64,000 nucleotides of DNA from Octopus sinensis (taxonomy: Eukaryota): the NCBI RefSeq assembly GCF_006345805.1, contig NC_043025.1:14880001-14944000 (forward strand), read 5' to 3'. The first letter of the stretch is position 1; the number at the start of each line of letters is the position of its first letter. Below are positions 38,191 through 50,684 of this stretch, in pieces. The position numbers were made by a program, and so were the translations under genes. The notes beneath the pieces are model-generated. The model had not been told where the DNA came from and did no database searches. It worked only from the letters and a program-made list of their open reading frames with translations.

Positions 38191-39268
38191 TTGACCACAT
38201 GTTGCACAAATAACACTATTCAAGTTACAGGAACTGGATTTGGAACTACTCTGCCATCCACCATATTCACCAGACCTTGCACCAACTGACCATCATGTTT
38301 TCCAGGCATTAGACAAACTTTTGCAAGGGAAAAACTTCAAATCTGAAAAAGATGCCAAAACAGCCTTTCGGGATTTTATTATCTCTTGCTCTGCAGAATT
38401 CTTTGTTTCCGGCATAAATAAGCTACCAATAAAATGGCAAGATTGTGTTGATAATTTAGGTGATTACTTTGATTAACTGCATTAACTTTCAGTTCAAAAT
38501 TGGATGTTTCATTCTTAAGGATCTGATATAATGTAGCCTTGTACATTTACTTTAAATCCACAGGTTGGTCATGATTGGAACGTCTTTGTTCATCGAACAG
38601 CTGTATCATGGTTGGCCTAGGGCTAAACAATCACAACACCCACAGATTTCCATAACAATACAATGATTGGATTTTGTGGTGGCCACCAGTTGCAAACAGA
38701 TGGTGCACTCCAAGTGCAAACATGCACACACAGTTTTGCTGTCGTTGTTTTTGTTGGTGGTGGTGGTCATGGGGGTGGTGGCGGTGGTGATGGTGGTGGT
38801 GGCGGTGGTGGTGGTGATGGCGGTGAGGGTGGTGGTGGCAGCAGTGGTGGGGTGTTGTCACTGTTTGGTGTCAATGTTTTCTTTGTCTTTCATTGATTAT
38901 TTAATGAAATACATTTATACATACACAGACGCATACACACATACACTTATACATTGCATTCATACAAGCATACACAGATATAGAGTTACTCATACATTCA
39001 CATTCACACACATACATATACATATCTTGCATTCATGCATACACACACACATGCATTGACATAAACTCCCACATACACGTTAGTCAATACACACACATGT
39101 TCATATATATGGTGTGTGTTTGTGTACATATATATATATAATGTATATATAATATATGTATATATAATATATCATGTATATATAATATATATAATATATA
39201 TAATATATTAATATATATATATATATATTATATATATTATATATATATATTATATATATATATGTGTG

Positions 39269-39346
<78 letters not shown>

Positions 39347-39556
39347 AATATGTTATGAAAGAAAGTATAAAATACACGTGGAAATGTAAGGGTAAAATAT
39401 GAAAAATCAACGAAAATGCATATTGCAGATAGAAAAAGGCTATTTATGACAGGTAACGGCAAATATATACATTTAGATTAACTGAGGTAGTAATACGAGT
39501 CATAAAAGTCATTATTATGAGATGATTATAAGATGATAATAAAGTAAGAGGACAAA

Positions 39557-39591
39557 ACAGACCAGTGGTTTACGCAAAGGCTATTCATTGT
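39557..39591 (-). ncRNA. Minimal hammerhead-like variant (A3-U8, extra U in GUAAA)
   Basis: ACA-ATGAATA-GC-cttt-GC-GTAAAC-CACTG-GTC-TGT; short stems, weakest of the variants. Confidence 0.35.
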
Positions 39592-39699
39592 ATATATATA
39601 TACACACACACATACACATGAATTTAACACATCACATCACATACCATATGCATATGTGTGTGTGTGTGTGTGTATATATATAGAGAGAGATGCAGAAAT

Positions 39700-39975
<276 letters not shown>

Positions 39976-40134
39976 GCACAAGCTTGGCTGGTGGTAAAAA
40001 GCCTGCTTCTGAACCACATGGTACTGGGTCCAGTCTTACTGCTTTTCGAGTGTCTTCCACTATAGCATCAGGCCAACCCAAGCTTTGAGAGTGGATTTGT
40101 CAGAAACTGAATGAAACACATGTTACTATAGTAA

Positions 40135-40135
40135 C

Positions 40136-40178
<43 letters not shown>

Positions 40179-40293
40179 GTAATAATAATAATAATATTAA
40201 TAATAATAATAATAATAATATTAATAATAATAATAATAATAATAATAGTAATAATAATAATAATAATAATAGTAATAATAATAATAATAATAA
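40135..40293. repeat. (TAA)n microsatellite
   Basis: Direct reading. Confidence 0.95.
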
Positions 40294-41669
40294 TCCATGG
40301 ATGGAATTTAGAAATATCTTAATATGTTGCTACGCACGTTTCTACAATTCCCGTGCCTTTATGATCATAGTCTTCATTCCTGGGATGATTACAACCCAGT
40401 CTGTCGTATCCATGGACATCAGGTGGGTCATAGTTCATGGATTCATTTTCTCTGGCGATGTTGTACTAATGTTGGAAGCAGCGAATGCATGACTGAAGGT
40501 GGTTTATCAATTTTAACCAATAGAAAGGTTGGGGCTGGTGTAAATGGTGGGGAGGAGTGGTGAGGAGGATGGAAAGAGAAAGAGAAGAGAATGGTAATTA
40601 TAAAGGAGAGGGAGGTGTGTGTGTGTGTGTCTTTGGCCCCACCCACCACCTGACAACCAGTGTTGGTGTGTTTATGTCCTTGTAACTTAGCAGCTGGGCA
40701 AAAATGACTGATAGAATAAGTTACAGGCTTTAAAAAAGTTAAGTGTCTTGTGGACAGTGCCCCAGCATGGCCGCAGTCTAATGACTGAAACAAGTAAAAC
40801 CCAAGAGACGTGAGTGTGAGCATGTGTGTTGTGTGTGTATGTGTGTGTAGGGGGGTCTTATAAACACACACACACACACACACACACATGTATATTGATG
40901 GACATAAGTATGTTTGCCAATGTGTATAGCCAAATTGACATTTAGAAAAATCTATATTTGTATATATTGAGAGAGAGAGAGAGAGAGAGTGAGGGAGAGG
41001 GGGAGAACAGAGACGAAGGGTGGTGAGTGGGGGAGAAAGAGGGATAGAGACAAGATGAGAGAGAGAGAGAGATTGAGAACAAGAGGAAGAGAAAAGGAAA
41101 GAGAGAGATAGAGGAAGAGAAGGACAGCAGAGAGAGTGAAGTGTGAGAGCAGGAGAGAGATGGGGAATGAGAAATGTGGGGGAGAGAGGGAGAGACACAA
41201 GGACAGACAGACAGACACAGAGAGAAGTACAGAAGTAAACAGTCTTTAAAAAAAATAACAAAAGAAAAGCAAAAACAAAACCAACCCATCAACTAATTAC
41301 AAAGATCTGATTGTTAATGATCATTAAAGCTTCATTAAGCCTCCCTAACGATGACAATAAAATGATAAAAAAATACAAACATTTAGCTTCTAAAATTGTA
41401 ATAAAGTATATTGGGCTAATTAGTTTAATTACTGTCATTTAATACTATTGACCAGTTTTGACGGACTTTGGCATGTCATTCTTTAATGCCGTCAGATTGT
41501 TGACATTTTTGGCTTCTGAATGAAATTGTGCCACAAAAAGGTGGAGGTTTTCTGGAAAATGCTCCACCTGGGCTCTGGTGTCGGCACAGCTGTCTGGTTA
41601 ATGCCCTGTGAGAGGATTTGGTCAATGGAAACTGAAAGAAGCCTATCGCGCGTGTGTGAGTGTGAATGT

Positions 41670-41910
41670 GTAGGGAAGCACGTGGCTTAGTGGGTAGGAC
41701 CCATGAGCATAAAATCATGGTTTCAATTCCTGGAGCAAGTGATGTGTTGTGTCCTTGAGCAAAACACTTCATTTCACATTGCTCTAGTCTACTCAGCTGG
41801 CACAAATGAGTAACCCTGCGAAGGACTGGCATCTCATCCAGGGGCGATATATACAACACGGAAACTGACCCTATGAGTCTCCATGACTCAGGAAGGATCA
41901 TTATCCTTTA
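41670..41910 (+). mobile_element. tRNA-derived SINE family C
   Basis: tggcttagtgg..gtttcaattcc..tgtgtccttgagcaaaacactt; relatives at ~22740-22960, 44130-44260, 54390-54545, 62235-62540. Confidence 0.7.
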
Positions 41911-41917
41911 CCTTTAT

Positions 41918-41948
<31 letters not shown>

Positions 41949-42547
41949 CATACACCACACACACACACACACACATATATATGTATACACACACATATAT
42001 ATGTACACATATATATACACACACACTCAGACACACACACACATACACATACATGTATATATATGTATACACACACACATATATACACACTCAGACACAC
42101 ACACACACATATATACACACACATACACATATACACACTCAGATACACACACACACACACATACATGTATATATATGTATATATACACACACACACTAAG
42201 ACACACACACACACACTCAGACACACACACACACACACATAAATTTAAGCCCCACTATATGGATTCTAGTAATCCAGTGGTACTTATCCAAAAAGCTCCT
42301 TAACAAACCAAACAGAATATATAAATAATTCACAAGAGAAACGACAGAAAAAGTTGGATGGAATTTTACTCAACAATAAGAAAATTCTTTTGTTAAACAA
42401 AATTTCCACAAACCATTTCCCTGTCATTCATGACTTTATACGCTCAGACCACGGGGATCTTTTCGGTTTGAGTTAGAGTTAGGGGTGGGGAAGGGTATCT
42501 TTTTTTTCTTCAGAAATGTAAATAAACCCAATCTGTTTCTTAAACAG

Positions 42548-42973
42548 TTACGATGGGATTTCGTTCAACCAGGGTTTGCAGGACATCCTCGTCGAAGTCT
42601 ACCGATCTTCCAGGACGAGGCTTGTCTTCTAACTCTGAATTTCTGGAACCACCATTGACACTGGCTTAACACTTATTGTCCAATCCCCATACACTGCATT
42701 AATATTCCTTGTACCGCCCATTGCATTGTTGCCTTTATTGAACTCACAAAACAAAATATACTGAATATGCTCCTTTGTCACTTCCATTATAGCTTTGAAA
42801 AAGATAACTGTTAAAATTGAATTGCACTCTTACAAACTTGCACTAAGAATAAGACCAAGGTAACATTACTACCTGCTTTTATAGCAAATTGATGCAGGTA
42901 GTTTATCCTGTCCCCCTCTGGCTTTTAGTTCATGCAATTGAAAAAAACCGCATTATTTATGGGATGACCCAAT
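42548..42973 (-). mobile_element. Mariner 5' fragment (TIR plus N-terminal HTH)
   Basis: TIR tattgggtcatcccataaataatgcgg; MEVTKEHIQYILFCEFNKGNNA..WFQKF..LEDKPRPGR; ATG at 42787. Confidence 0.8.
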
Positions 42974-43577
42974 ATATATTCTCTCACACACACACACACA
43001 CACACCTCCTGACACTAAATCTTGGGTAAATTACATCTAAGTTTGGTATTTTATTGTCCCATCCACCATTTCCAAATCAATTATTTTTCTTTCTTTTCTT
43101 TTTGTTCCATTTCTTTGTTTATTTGCTTCTTTCTTTCTTTCTTTCTTCCCCCTTTTTTCTCCTTTCATCATGTATTTTTTTGCCTTAAACTTTCACCACC
43201 ACCACCACTGCCACCACCGCCACCACCACCACTCTGAATTGATTTATTGACTGCAGTACTTAATACAACTTAACCCACTTTCAGTCTATTGTGTGTGTGT
43301 GTGTGTGTGTGTTTTGGTAGAGCAGTATCCAGAAATAGTGTCTCTTGATGTTGAGTTCCTCATCTGATGCGTGTGTGTATCTACACACACACACACAACC
43401 AGCTTCTTTCAGTTTCCATCTACCACTCACAAGGCTTTGGTCAACCCAAGGCTGTAGTAGAAGACATTTGCCCAAGATGCCATGCAGTGGGACTGAACCT
43501 GGAACCATGTGGTTGGGAAGCAAGATACTTACCACACTTCCACTCCTGTGCCTATATATATATATATATATATATAT

Positions 43578-43815
43578 ATCATCATCATCATCCTCATCAT
43601 CGTTTAACGTCCACTTTCCATGCTGGCATGGGTTGGACGGTTCAATTGGGGTCTGGGAAGCCAGAAGGCTGCACCAGGCCCAGTCTGATCTAGTAGTGAT
43701 TCTACAGCTGGATGCCCTTCCTAACGCCAACCACTCCGTGAGTGTAGTGGGTGCTTTTTACGTGCCAGACGAGGCTGGCAAACGGCCACGATCGGATGGT
43801 GCTTTTTACGTGCCC
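43578..43815 (-). mobile_element. RTE 3' end copy between two SINE A halves
   Basis: Tail homology; SINE A head (-) 43395-43553 and tail (+) 43850-44090. Confidence 0.75.
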
Positions 43816-44269
43816 ATATGCATGTATGTATGTATGAATGTATATCTGTGTATGTCTGCGTGTGTCTGTGTCTGTGTGTCCACCCCCCTCACTGCTTGAC
43901 AACCTGTGTTGGTATGTTTAGGTCTCTGTAACTTAGCGGTTTGGCAAAAGAGGTCGATAGAATAAGTACTAGCCTTTAAAAAATAAGTCCTAGATTCGAT
44001 TTGTTCGACTAAAACCCTTAAAGGCGGTGCTGCAGCATGGCCACGGTCACATGACTGAAACAAGTAGAAGAATAAAAGAATAAAAGAATATGTTTCTATT
44101 TCTATTCTTTTATTCCTTTGGTTGCTTAAGTGAAGGCCTCTGGCTCAGTCGTTTGGCTGTTCGGCTCACAGTCATAAGGTTGGGAGTTCAATTCCTGGCA
44201 GTACATCCTGTCCTTGAGCAAGTCACTTTACTTCTTGTTGCTCCAGTCCCCTCAGCTGGCAGAAATATA

Positions 44270-44680
44270 AAGACCTGCTCATTGAAATTGAGAAAATGTG
44301 GCATCTCAAGGTGGTTACAATACCAGTGATCGTAGGAGCACTAGGAATGATCAAGAAGGGAACCTAAAAGTATATAACATACCATCCCCGCAAGAAGTGC
44401 AAAAGATTGTCTTAACTGGTACATCACACGTATTGAGAAGAGGATTGTCGATGTGAGAACTATTACTACCCATGTATTTTAATTTAACTTTATTTCTATG
44501 AAAAAAAAAAATGAATGAACTAGTGAGTTTAGTTTAATGGTCTACCAATGTATACTATGAGTTTCTTTGCCCTAGGAGTCGGGAAGACACTCGGCAAGAA
44601 ATGGAAGCAAATTTGAAAGAAGAAAAACCCATAAATAATAATAATAATAATAATTATAATAATAATAATAATAATAATGG
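44270..44680 (+). mobile_element. R4/Dong-like LINE extreme 3' fragment ending in (TAA)n
   Basis: KYKDLLIEIEKMWHLKVVTIPVIVGALGMIKKG, homologous to the 47513-47866 peptide. Confidence 0.75.
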
Positions 44681-45429
44681 GGGAGCATCATAGCCATGTG
44701 TTGAGAGGGATTCTTTGGGGTTTGAATAATTCACCTCTGGAAACATGGGTGGTTTTTTTCAACATCCTTAAACAACCCTTATTTAGGGACCGTTTGAGCG
44801 GGATGGGCTACTCAACCTGAAGAAAATTCTAACTGGGCCCCACCTGCAAGGTCATGTGCTGTTTATCTTGATATGAGATCACCATATCGCAAACATATGG
44901 TTGTGATGCATGTGCCTGGTGTACCCTTATCAGACGGGTAGTCATGATGGGTGTACTGGGCTTCGTATATTTTACCCCAGTGTCACTTTGATGACATGAA
45001 CTGCTCTCTCACTCAATAATAATAATCCTCTCTACCATAGGCACAAGGCCTGAAATTTTGGGGAAGGAGGCTATTCAATAACAATGATCTCAGTGCATAA
45101 CTGGTACTTTTTTCATTGACCCCAAAAGGATAAAAGGCAATGTCGACCTTGGCGGCATTTGAACCTAGAACGTGAAGTCAGATGAAATACTGCTAAGCAT
45201 TTTGCCCAACATGCTAACAACTTTGCCAGCTTGGCACCTTAATAATTATTTTTGACACAAGGGCAGCTTGGAGGAGGTGGGGATGAATCAATTACATTGA
45301 CCCCAGTACGTAACTGGTGAAATTCGAACTCAGAACATAATGATGAACGAAATACTGCTAAGCACATCACCCAATGTGCTAACGATTCTGCCAGCTCACT
45401 GCCTTAATAATAATAGTAATACTAATAAT

Positions 45430-45845
45430 AGGTGCAGGAGTGGCTTTGTGGTAAGTAGCTTGTTTACCAACCACATGGTTTCCAGGTTCAGTCCCACTGC
45501 GTGGCACCTTGGGCAAGTGTCTTCTACTATAGCCTCAGGCCGACCAAAGCCTTGTGAGTGGATTTGGTAGACGGAAACTGAAAGAAGCCCGTCGTATATA
45601 TGTATATATATATGTATATGCGTGTGTATTTTTGTGTGTCTGTGTTTGTCCCCCTAGCATTGCTTGACAACCGATGTTGGTGTGTTTATGTCCCCGTTAC
45701 TCAGCGGTTTGGCAAAACAGAGCGATAGAATAAGTACTGGGCTTACAAAAAAGAATAAGTCCCGGGGTCGAGTTGCTCGATTAAAGGCGGTGCTCCAGCA
45801 TGGCCGCAGTCAAATGACTGAAACAAGTAAAAGAGTAAAGAGAGA
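45430..45845 (+). mobile_element. SINE A, full length
   Basis: ggtgcaggagtggctttgtggtaag..gaaacaagtaaaagagt. Confidence 0.88.
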
Positions 45846-46874
45846 GAGAATAAGAAGAAGAATAAATAAGAATAATAATTATTATTTCATTTATTGGCTG
45901 CTGAGGTGCGGCGGGGGGGGGAGCGGTTGCATGTAGGGGACAATACAGTAAATGGTTTCTGCTAGAGGCACAGACCTGAAATTTGAGGAATAACATTTAC
46001 TACAGAGGTTGGGGGTGGGCATTGAATTAAAGGAGATATTACAAAAACTTGTTGCATATAGTATGTTGGGGTGGGTGGGTGGAGCGTTACATAAAGAGCA
46101 GGAGGGGTTGATGGGTGGTGGGAAGAGGCAAAGGGACAGAAGTCTGTGGGAGGTATTAGCTTTATCAGCCACAAGTGATGGGGGTGGGTGGGGAGATGTG
46201 TCATATGAAAAAGGGGGTTAGAAGATATATGAGCAACAGGAAGGAGCAGAGGGGGTCCCTAATGCTGGCCTGAAAAAACCCAGAAAAATGTTGATGGGGA
46301 GAGCAAGGCAGCGAAAAAGGGTCGCTATGGTAACTTCATCCCATCCTCTGGAATTCTTTGGCTACTACTACTACTACTACTACTTCTACTACTTCTACTA
46401 CTACTACCACTTCTACTACTACTACTACTACTACTATTACTACTACTACTACTACTATTACTAGTCCAACTACTACTACTGCTGCTGCTACTACTAATAA
46501 TGATAATGATGATGATATAATAATAATAATAATAACTTTTCCTTCTAGAAGTGCAAGGCCTCAAATTTAGGGGAAGGGATTAAGTCGTTTATATCAACCC
46601 CAGTGTTTGACTGGTAATCCTTTCTACAAAAGGCACAAGGACTGAAATTTTGGGGGAAGGGACCAGTCAATTACATCGACCCCACTGCATAACTGGTACT
46701 TAATTTATCGACCCTAAAAAGGACGAAAGGCAAAGTAGAGCTTGGTAGAATTTGAACTCAGAACGTGCAAACAGGTGAAATTACTGCTAAACATTTTGCC
46801 CCAGAATGCCAATGGTAATGATAATAATAATAATAATAATAATAATAATATTAATAATAATAATAATAATAATA

Positions 46875-47965
46875 TATCTACTTCAAAAGGAAGGAAAACT
46901 GATCCAGATAGCGGCAAAACACGAGCAAAACAAAAAACTGTTCTCAGTATTTAAGGAAACTGACAAATACAAACAAGAAATCATACCACCTAATAAACAC
47001 GAAGAAGAAGCAGAAGATGATGAAGAAACAACAAAAGCTATAAAACAAATGAAATCCAAACTAAAAATATAACAGCAACGAACCATGATAAAACGATGGC
47101 AAGAAAAGCCCCTTCATGGTAAATACTGGACTAAACTAAACGCAAAAGAAATAGACAAAGAAAAATCCCAGCAATGGTTGAGAAGCTCAGGACTCAAAGC
47201 AGAAACAGAGGGATTTTTAATTGCAGCACAAGACCAAAGCCTCCCCACCAGAAATTACCAAAAACATGTAATGAAAAGAAATATTACAAGTAACTGCAGA
47301 ATATGTGGAGATGGACAAGAAACAATAAATCATATTATCTCTAGCTGCCCAGTCCTGGCTAAGAAGGAATATATTCACAGACATGACAGAGTTGGAACCT
47401 ACATACATTGGAAGCTATGCCAACATTATGGAATAACAACAGAAAAAAGATGGTATAGGCACACACCAGAAAAGGTCACAGAAAACGAGAGAAAGCAACC
47501 ATACTCTGGGATATGCCGATACACACAGATAGAGAAATTAAGGCCAACAGACCAGATATAGTTGTCAGAGATCATGAAAAAAAAAAATGCTTTCTAATTG
47601 ATGTATCAATACCGGCAGATGACAACGTGTCTCTAAAAGAAATGGAGAAACTCTCAAAATACAAAGACCTGGAAATAGAGGTAACTAGAATGTGGAATCT
47701 GAAAACAGAAACAATTCCTATCATAGTAGGTGCATTAGGCATGATAAAAAAATATTCAGACAAATACATAACAAAAACACCAGGACTTACAAACACATAT
47801 AACATACAGAAAATTGCACTACTAGGCACTGCACACATCCTACGCAGAACACTTTCCATACAATAACCATCAGAGCATCACAACAAATCACAGCACATAC
47901 CCAAGGCACACAGAGCTGCGCTCAGTAGTGAAGTGAAAGCACGCTATAAAAATAAAACTACTGAA
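46875..47965 (+). mobile_element. 5'-truncated R4/Dong-clade LINE (CCHC knuckle plus restriction-like endonuclease) inside (TAA)n
   Basis: CRICGDGQETINHIISSC, RHDRV, NRPDIVV..LIDVSIP..EKLSKY; one frameshift near 47490; (TAA)n on both sides. Confidence 0.9.
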
Positions 47966-47979
47966 TAATAATAATAATG

Positions 47980-48013
<34 letters not shown>

Positions 48014-48047
48014 TAATAATAATAATAATAATGATGATGATGATGAT

Positions 48048-48442
48048 ACGCTTTACTCTTTTACTTGTTTTCAGTCATTTGACTGCGGCCATGCTGGAGC
48101 ACCACCTTTAATCGATCAAATCGACCCCGGGACTTATTCTTTTGTAAGCCCAGTACTTATTCTATCGGTCTCTTTTGCCGAACCGCTAAGTGACGGGGAC
48201 GTAAACACACCAGCATCGGTTGTCAAGCAATGCTAGGGGGACAAACACAGACACAGAAACATACACACGCATATGTATATATATATATACATATATACGA
48301 CAGGCTTCTTTCAGTTTCCGTCTACCAAATTCCACTCACAAGGCATTGGTCGGCTCGAGGCTATAGTAGAAGACACTTGCCAAAGGTACCACATAGTGGG
48401 ACTGAACCCAGAACCATGTGGTTGGTAAGAAAGCTACTACTA
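48048..48442 (-). mobile_element. SINE A
   Basis: Family A sequence. Confidence 0.85.
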
Positions 48443-48447
48443 TTTCT

Positions 48448-48483
<36 letters not shown>

Positions 48484-48855
48484 CTAGCAGTATCGCCTGG
48501 CGTTGCTCAGGTTTGTAAGGGAAATAACTATAAAGCATTTTTAGAGAGTTATAGCCAAAAAATAGCAAAAAAATTATGGTAATTTTTTTTTTTGAGAGTT
48601 AAAAAAGGTGGAGTTGCGTCCCCTAGACAGTTTGCGGTTTGTGTTTCTGATTCTCGACCCCATGTCGAATTTATCGATTTTTTTCAGAACTGGGGGAACT
48701 TTTCAAAATTTTCGCTGCGTTAGTTTTGAATTATGATATTGGGCTATGTGTGTGTCAAGTTTCATCAGAATCGGTTGAAAGCCATGGTCAGAGTGAGGGT
48801 ACAAGCAAACAGACACACAGAAACACGCACAGACAAACTGCCGTTTATATAGAGA
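48484..48855 (-). mobile_element. Non-autonomous Helitron
   Basis: CTAG end at 48484-48487 with a 3' segment like 35330-35395; TC(tatataaa) start near 48853. Confidence 0.8.
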
Positions 48856-49569
48856 GAGACACATATATACGACGGGCTTCTTTCAGTTTCCGTCTACCAA
48901 ATCCACTCACAAGGCTTTGGTCGGCCCGGAGCTATAGTAGAAACACTTGCCCAAGGTGTCATGCAGTGGGACTGAACCCAGAACCATGTGGTTGGTAAGC
49001 AAGCTACTTACCACACAGCCTTCATTTATTTGCCACCAGGGCAAAAGATGAGGGAGACAATACAAAACACATAAATTGTCGGGGGAGGGGGGGTTACATA
49101 TAATGAAATGATAGAATGAATAAATGAACCCCCCAAAAAAGGGGTAAGTATAAACAGTGTATAAAGTATACAAAGCCTAAAAAAGGGGACAGGGAGCCGA
49201 TAAGGACTCACTAAAAAACAGTGGGGACCAAACAGGACAATACAATGTGGGGCTACATAAAAGGGGTGTAACAAGCAAAAAACCAGTAACAATATAAAAT
49301 TACAGCAATGAATAATTCCACAAAAAGGGACACTTCCTAAGGGCTGATCATGGAGACCCCACGAAGACCCCAGTTGCTCTGACCATTAGGGCAAGTGATC
49401 TTTTCGCATTGTCCTTCTTTGACTTAAAAGGTGCATGCTTAGAGTCGGCCCTTTCTCTTGGACCCTTCTTGCCGCATTTACCCCGCTTAAAAATAATACT
49501 AGCAAATTGTCACAGACTCCATTGCTGTCAGACAGCAACACAAGAAAAAAGAAACCACTGCCAGGAACC

Positions 49570-50148
49570 CCACCACCACCACCACCACCTCCACCACTAG
49601 CCACCACCATCACCACCACCACCATCACCACCACCACCATCACCACCACCTCCACCACTAGCCACCACCATCACCACCACCACCACCATCACCACCACCA
49701 CCATCACCACCACCACCATCACCACCACCTCCACCACACCATCACCACCACCACCACCACCATCCCACCACCACCACCACCACCACTACCACCACACCAC
49801 CATCACCACCACTACCACCACCACCACACCACACCACCACCACCATCACCACCACCTCCACCACCACCATCACCACTACCACCAACACCACCACCACTAG
49901 CCACCACCATCACCACTACCACCACCAACACCACCACCACTAGCCACCACCACCATCACCACCTACACCATCACCACCACCAACACCACCACCACCAGCC
50001 ACCACCACCACCACCATCACCACTACCACCATCACCACCACCACCAACACCACCTCCACCTCCACCACTAGCCACCACCATCACCACCACCACCATCACC
50101 ACCACCACCATCACCACCACCTCCACCACCACCATCACCACTACCACC

Positions 50149-50179
<31 letters not shown>

Positions 50180-50253
50180 CCGTCACCACCACCACCATCA
50201 CCACAATCAACACTATCACCATCACCACCAGCCACCACCATCACCACCACCAG
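49570..50253. repeat. (CCA)n degenerate trinucleotide microsatellite
   Basis: Direct reading. Confidence 0.95.
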
Positions 50254-50684
50254 TAGCATTACTTCATCTCACCAAGTGTACACACACACAGATACCAATA
50301 TATACATATGTATATACACACACTTGTAGGAGACTATACACCCTGGTACAGTGAGTGGGGGCTGGGCTAGGCCCTTTTCATTCTCATATTCACCAGGAAA
50401 ATATAACGAAAATCTGGGTCACAGCTTGGAAGACTTCCTAAAAAAAAAAACCATATATCACAACACCACCACCACCTCAACCACCACCACCACTACCAAC
50501 ACCACTTACAAGTGCTGCAACATATACCATCACAAAATTGCCACCAGAACCCCCCCCCCCCCCCATTCGCTATTCACTTCATAACCACTACTACTTTCAC
50601 CTAAACTGCAACTCCCAGTTTGACCACCAACACCACTTTCCACCACAAACCAATTAGGAGGATCCCCCACTACTAACTGCATTA

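Larger units (their letters stand above)
36155..38528 (+). mobile_element. Decayed mariner transposon interrupted by three retroposon insertions
   Basis: KWGPHE, IVACDEKW, ILLQDNA*PH, HPPYSPDLAPTD, GDYFD*; TIR-like tcaggtcattaagaaagaaa / tttcattcttaaggatctga. Confidence 0.9.

Noticed and set aside
37163-38476. Domesticated SETMAR-like gene
   Set aside because: Stops, SINE insertions and no SET domain
45430-45505. tRNA genes at SINE heads
   Set aside because: A/B boxes run straight into SINE bodies; no clean cloverleaf
49435-50256. Pro/His/Thr-rich protein
   Set aside because: (CCA)n microsatellite translation
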